Virus record (IMG/VR): IMGVR_UViG_3300043117_000068
Span: 1 to 29,723 of that record
Source: a virus
Taxonomy: Duplodnaviria; Caudoviricetes
Length of the DNA: 29,723 bases
Strand: one strand, 5' to 3'
Every line of letters starts with the position of its first letter. Within the stretch, counting starts at the first letter, position 1. This document shows, piece by piece, positions 26,753-29,723 of the stretch. The notes beneath the pieces are model-generated. The model worked only from the letters and a program-made list of their open reading frames with translations. It made no database searches and was not told the DNA's origin. The translations under genes were made by a program, and so were the position numbers.

Positions 26753-27697
26753 ATGGCAAGTATAAAAGGAATAGATGTATCTAAGTGGCAAGGTAATATA
26801 GACTATTCAAAGGTTAAAAGTTCTACCAATTTTGTCATTATGAAAGCAACCGAAGGATACGGATACACCGACCCTAAATTCAAAGATAATCAAAAGGGCT
26901 TTAGAAATACTGGTATAGCAATGGGTTATTATCACTTTGCACGACCAGATTTAGGAAACACTCCAGAGAAAGAAGCTGATTGGTTTGTTAAAACAATAGG
27001 AGCGTTAAAGTCAGGAGAAGTTTTGGCATTGGATTATGAGGTTAATTATAGCGACCCTGTAAATTGGTGCAAGAAGTTCTTGGATAGAGTTAAAGCAAAG
27101 ACAGGAGTAAAACCGTTGCTATACATAAATCTTGCTACCAATAACAAGTATAATTGGAGTGGTGTAGTAAAAGGAGATTATGGACTTTGGTTGGCATACT
27201 GGGACGGGAGCTTGACTGCACGCCCTAAAACTGATTGGAATTTCATCGCTATGAAGCAGTATGGCTCGGATACAAGGATTAACGGTATTAGTGGTAATGT
27301 GGACGGAGATATTTTCTTTGGAGATATTGCTACTTTCAAAAAGTATGGATACAACTCTCCACCACCCACACCAGAACCCTCTCCAGAGCCACCAGAGCCA
27401 CCCTGTGATTGCAAACAGCTAGAGAAGCATATACAAGACCTTGAAGATAAAATAGTCCTGCTAGAGGGTAAACTAGAAGCTCAAAAAACAGAGGATAGTG
27501 TAAAAAACGATGAGATAGAGCAACTAAAAAGGGATTTACAAGAATGGAATGAGAAATATGGCACTCTACAAATAGAAAAGAACAGGATTGAAAATGAGAA
27601 AGGGAATTTACAGTTAAAGTATGACAAATTAAAAAAGGATAAAAATTGTGTTAAGATTTTAATAGATAAATTGTTTGGGTTCTTAAAAAGGAAATGA
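26753..27697 (+). CDS. Endolysin, GH25 muramidase with Pro linker and coiled-coil tail
   Basis: GIDVSKWQG, KATEG, YHFA, LDYE, LWLAYW, QY, VDGD. Confidence 0.95.
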   Translation: MASIKGIDVSKWQGNIDYSKVKSSTNFVIMKATEGYGYTDPKFKDNQKGFRNTGIAMGYYHFARPDLGNTPEKEADWFVKTIGALKSGEVLALDYEVNYSDPVNWCKKFLDRVKAKTGVKPLLYINLATNNKYNWSGVVKGDYGLWLAYWDGSLTARPKTDWNFIAMKQYGSDTRINGISGNVDGDIFFGDIATFKKYGYNSPPPTPEPSPEPPEPPCDCKQLEKHIQDLEDKIVLLEGKLEAQKTEDSVKNDEIEQLKRDLQEWNEKYGTLQIEKNRIENEKGNLQLKYDKLKKDKNCVKILIDKLFGFLKRK

Positions 27698-27786
27698 TGG
27701 ACACTATTCTTTGGGGAATAATAAGTGGTGGATTATTGAGTTTAATTATTACATCTATATTATATGGCAGGGAAAAAGATAACTAA
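27694..27786 (+). CDS. Small membrane peptide (30 aa, not in ORF track)
   Basis: MMDTILWGIISGGLLSLIITSILYGREKDN; overlaps the endolysin stop. Confidence 0.5.
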   Translation: MMDTILWGIISGGLLSLIITSILYGREKDN

Positions 27787-27819
27787 TGATGTGGATTTAA
27801 TTTTTTAATAAATATAATT

Positions 27820-28083
27820 ATGGACAAAAATAATCCAGTATATGTAGAAGGGTATCCTGAATACAAAAAAATGCTTTGGGGAGCTTTTAGAGCATTTGTA
27901 GCAGGGTTTCTGAGTGCGTTGGCAACCTTTCTTTTGACAGTAAACGAGGAAAATTTACTTGATAAAGACTGGTGGTTAGGAATTGTATTAGTAGGTTCTC
28001 TAGTAGGTGGGATAACAGCTTTGGGCAAGTGGCTGAGGGATGTATTCCCAGAAAGTGCCATTATGCAAAGATTACCTATATAA
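27820..28083 (+). CDS. Putative holin
   Basis: Two TM helices (RAFVAGFLSAL; IVLVGSLVGGITALGKWLR) in the lysis cassette. Confidence 0.7.
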   Translation: MDKNNPVYVEGYPEYKKMLWGAFRAFVAGFLSALATFLLTVNEENLLDKDWWLGIVLVGSLVGGITALGKWLRDVFPESAIMQRLPI

Positions 28084-28123
28084 AAATAACTCGTTTCTAG
28101 TTAATCTAAAATAAAATATTACT

Positions 28124-29074
28124 ATGCCAGAACAAGATGGCTTATATACGGGGGCTAGTGAAGAGAGTTTTGAAGCAAAAAATGATATAGAAGCAAAATA
28201 CAACCCTATACATAAGGAGTGGGAAAATCCCTATGATGAAATTACATTCAATGACAGAATTGAAGAAGCTATCCACAGACAAGAATGGAGAGAAAAAACA
28301 GATTACATTCCAGAGGAAGCCGAAGTAACTATTAAAACAGATAAACCAATTGCAATTTGTAATCTTGCTGATCCACATTTAGGGGCTAAGCTCACGGATT
28401 ATGAGTATGTTAGATATTTAGTCAATTTGATTAAGTACAACGACAACGCATTTTGCACATTAGGTGGGGATATGGCAGAAACAATATCTTGGAATAGTGG
28501 ACAAAACGACTCCCTACTTAGGTTTGAAGAACAGCACGAAATGCTCTATGCAATGCTTAAAGAGCTGAAAGGAAAGATAATAGCAGGTGTAATAGGAAAT
28601 CATAATTGGGAAGAAAAAAGATGGGTGAGTAAATACCAAGAGTTTTTAAGGAATGCTGACGCACCAATGTTTGACAATTTAGGTTGGTTAACTTTAAACC
28701 TAGATAATGGAGAGGACACAATTCCTTACTATACAGTTTTAGCACATCAACTAAAGGGTTATAGTTACCATAATCCGAATCATCCGCAGGGTAGATTTTC
28801 AAAAGAAGTAGAAGGTTGTGATATTGTTATTTCAAACCATACGCATACAGACGGTGTTCAGGGTGTAGCTAAGACAGTATTCGGGGGAGATTTTAAACGA
28901 ATGACATTTGTTAACGGATATACTCTAAAGAGAAACGACAAGTTCTTAAGGGGTAAAGGTAATCCTAACAGTCCTATTGGTGGTAATTGGTTATATTTGA
29001 GTCCGTACCAGAAACAACATACTGCAATACCAACGACAGAGCTGGCGGTTGAGATAATGGGATGGGAAGCATAG
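28124..29074 (+). CDS. Calcineurin-like metallophosphoesterase
   Basis: DPH, GGD, GNH, H and HTH metal-binding motifs. Confidence 0.88.
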   Translation: MPEQDGLYTGASEESFEAKNDIEAKYNPIHKEWENPYDEITFNDRIEEAIHRQEWREKTDYIPEEAEVTIKTDKPIAICNLADPHLGAKLTDYEYVRYLVNLIKYNDNAFCTLGGDMAETISWNSGQNDSLLRFEEQHEMLYAMLKELKGKIIAGVIGNHNWEEKRWVSKYQEFLRNADAPMFDNLGWLTLNLDNGEDTIPYYTVLAHQLKGYSYHNPNHPQGRFSKEVEGCDIVISNHTHTDGVQGVAKTVFGGDFKRMTFVNGYTLKRNDKFLRGKGNPNSPIGGNWLYLSPYQKQHTAIPTTELAVEIMGWEA

Positions 29075-29118
29075 TAGGTTGTACAGAGTCCTGTTAGCTA
29101 GGATTCTATAGAGTCTAC
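29074..29118 (+). terminator. Hairpin after the phosphoesterase gene
   Basis: AGAGTCCTG/TAGGATTCT inner stem and GTAGGTT/AGTCTAC outer stem. Confidence 0.6.
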
Positions 29119-29152
29119 AATTCTGTAGCTCGCTCATTAAAAGGAGAATAGC

Positions 29153-29281
29153 GTGGTGTGCGTTAATTGTAATGCCAAAATGTACGGTGTAACGTTTACT
29201 GTCAACGGGGTAAAGTATTATTTTTTCTTTTGTGTACATTGCCTCAAAAACACTACAATCCAGCCAATAATGAACAACTAA
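29153..29281 (+). CDS. Small Zn-ribbon protein (42 aa, not in ORF track)
   Basis: SD AAGGAG plus GTG start; CVNC...CVHC. Confidence 0.65.
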   Translation: MVCVNCNAKMYGVTFTVNGVKYYFFFCVHCLKNTTIQPIMNN

Positions 29282-29283
29282 TT

Positions 29284-29349
29284 TCCATATTGCAGATTTA
29301 GGGCAGAAAATGAAATAAGAAAATCCATATTGCAGGCAGATGAAATAAG
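29284..29349. repeat. Imperfect tandem duplication
   Basis: TCCATATTGCAG at 29284 and 29324, each followed by GCAGA..ATGAAATAAG. Confidence 0.7.
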
Positions 29350-29358
29350 GAGAAAGCA

Positions 29359-29544
29359 ATGAAATGTAAACTATGTAAGAGAAACAAAGCGTTACTCAAA
29401 GCCAAGGTGGGAAAAGCTACCATTGAAGTCTGCCTATATTGTGTAATAAGCGAAGGACTAGAACCTACGGAGGTTTTAAATGTCTGGGAAACACAAGAGC
29501 AAGAACGATTGGAAGAAAGAAATCAAAGAGGAACAGAATTATAA
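29359..29544 (+). CDS. Small Zn-finger protein
   Basis: CKLC...CLYC; SD AAGGAG. Confidence 0.7.
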   Translation: MKCKLCKRNKALLKAKVGKATIEVCLYCVISEGLEPTEVLNVWETQEQERLEERNQRGTEL

Positions 29545-29715
29545 GTGTGCTCAGTGTGGAGAAACTTTCGGTGCAAGACAGCTACAAATCCATCACAAAA
29601 AAATAAATGTCGAGGTGGCACTAACGCCAGAGAAAATTGTTGTGCAGTTTGTGAAAATTGCCATAAATGGATTCACGAAACTTATGGTAATAACTATTAC
29701 GATCCACGCAAATAA
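29480..29715 (+). pseudogene. HNH endonuclease split by a 1-nt frameshift at A7 (29597-29603)
   Basis: SD GGAGG plus ATG; CAQC...LQIHHKK in one frame, NKCRGGTNARENCCAVCENCHKWIH in the -1 frame. Confidence 0.8.
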
Positions 29716-29723
29716 CTCCTTGG
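29597..29723. repeat. Terminal direct repeat, right copy
   Basis: Identical to 1-127. Confidence 0.95.

Noticed and set aside
10275-29074. Alternative genetic code
   Set aside because: Core genes are full length in code 11, and both TAG and TGA end genes at sensible boundaries
2164-29359. All minus-strand ORFs in the track, and + ORF 5435-5644
   Set aside because: They shadow well-supported + strand genes and show no recognisable motifs

Overview
The window is a complete, circular genome of a small, AT-rich, siphovirus-type phage. It is about 29,596 bp: bases 1-127 repeat 29597-29723, which is probably an assembler overlap. All supportable genes are on the + strand. The early region (238-9816) holds a replication initiator with internal iterons, ERF, NinB-like and RusA recombination genes, a membrane-anchored lysozyme-like protein, DUF3268, a truncated adenine methyltransferase and many small hypotheticals. 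The late region holds terminase, a portal-gpF fusion, HK97-type protease and capsid, neck, tail tube, a frameshifted tail chaperone, tape measure, tail tip, a GH25 lysis cassette, a metallophosphoesterase and a frameshifted HNH. I recognised no integrase, repressor, polymerase or helicase. Sigma70 promoters, mostly SD-less leaders and the lack of spanins suggest, by inference only, a Patescibacteria/CPR-like host. The most unusual signal is an RNA layer in the early region. Two ~120-nt tRNA scaffolds have their anticodon loops replaced by short structured inserts; one re-forms a class II tRNA-Leu(UAG) if 37 nt are removed. The initiator leader has a hairpin loop complementary to AGTCGAG sites in two promoter-proximal leaders, a possible RNA-based immunity or replication control. 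Two further multi-branch intergenic folds are present. All family assignments come from motif recognition by eye, not database searches.
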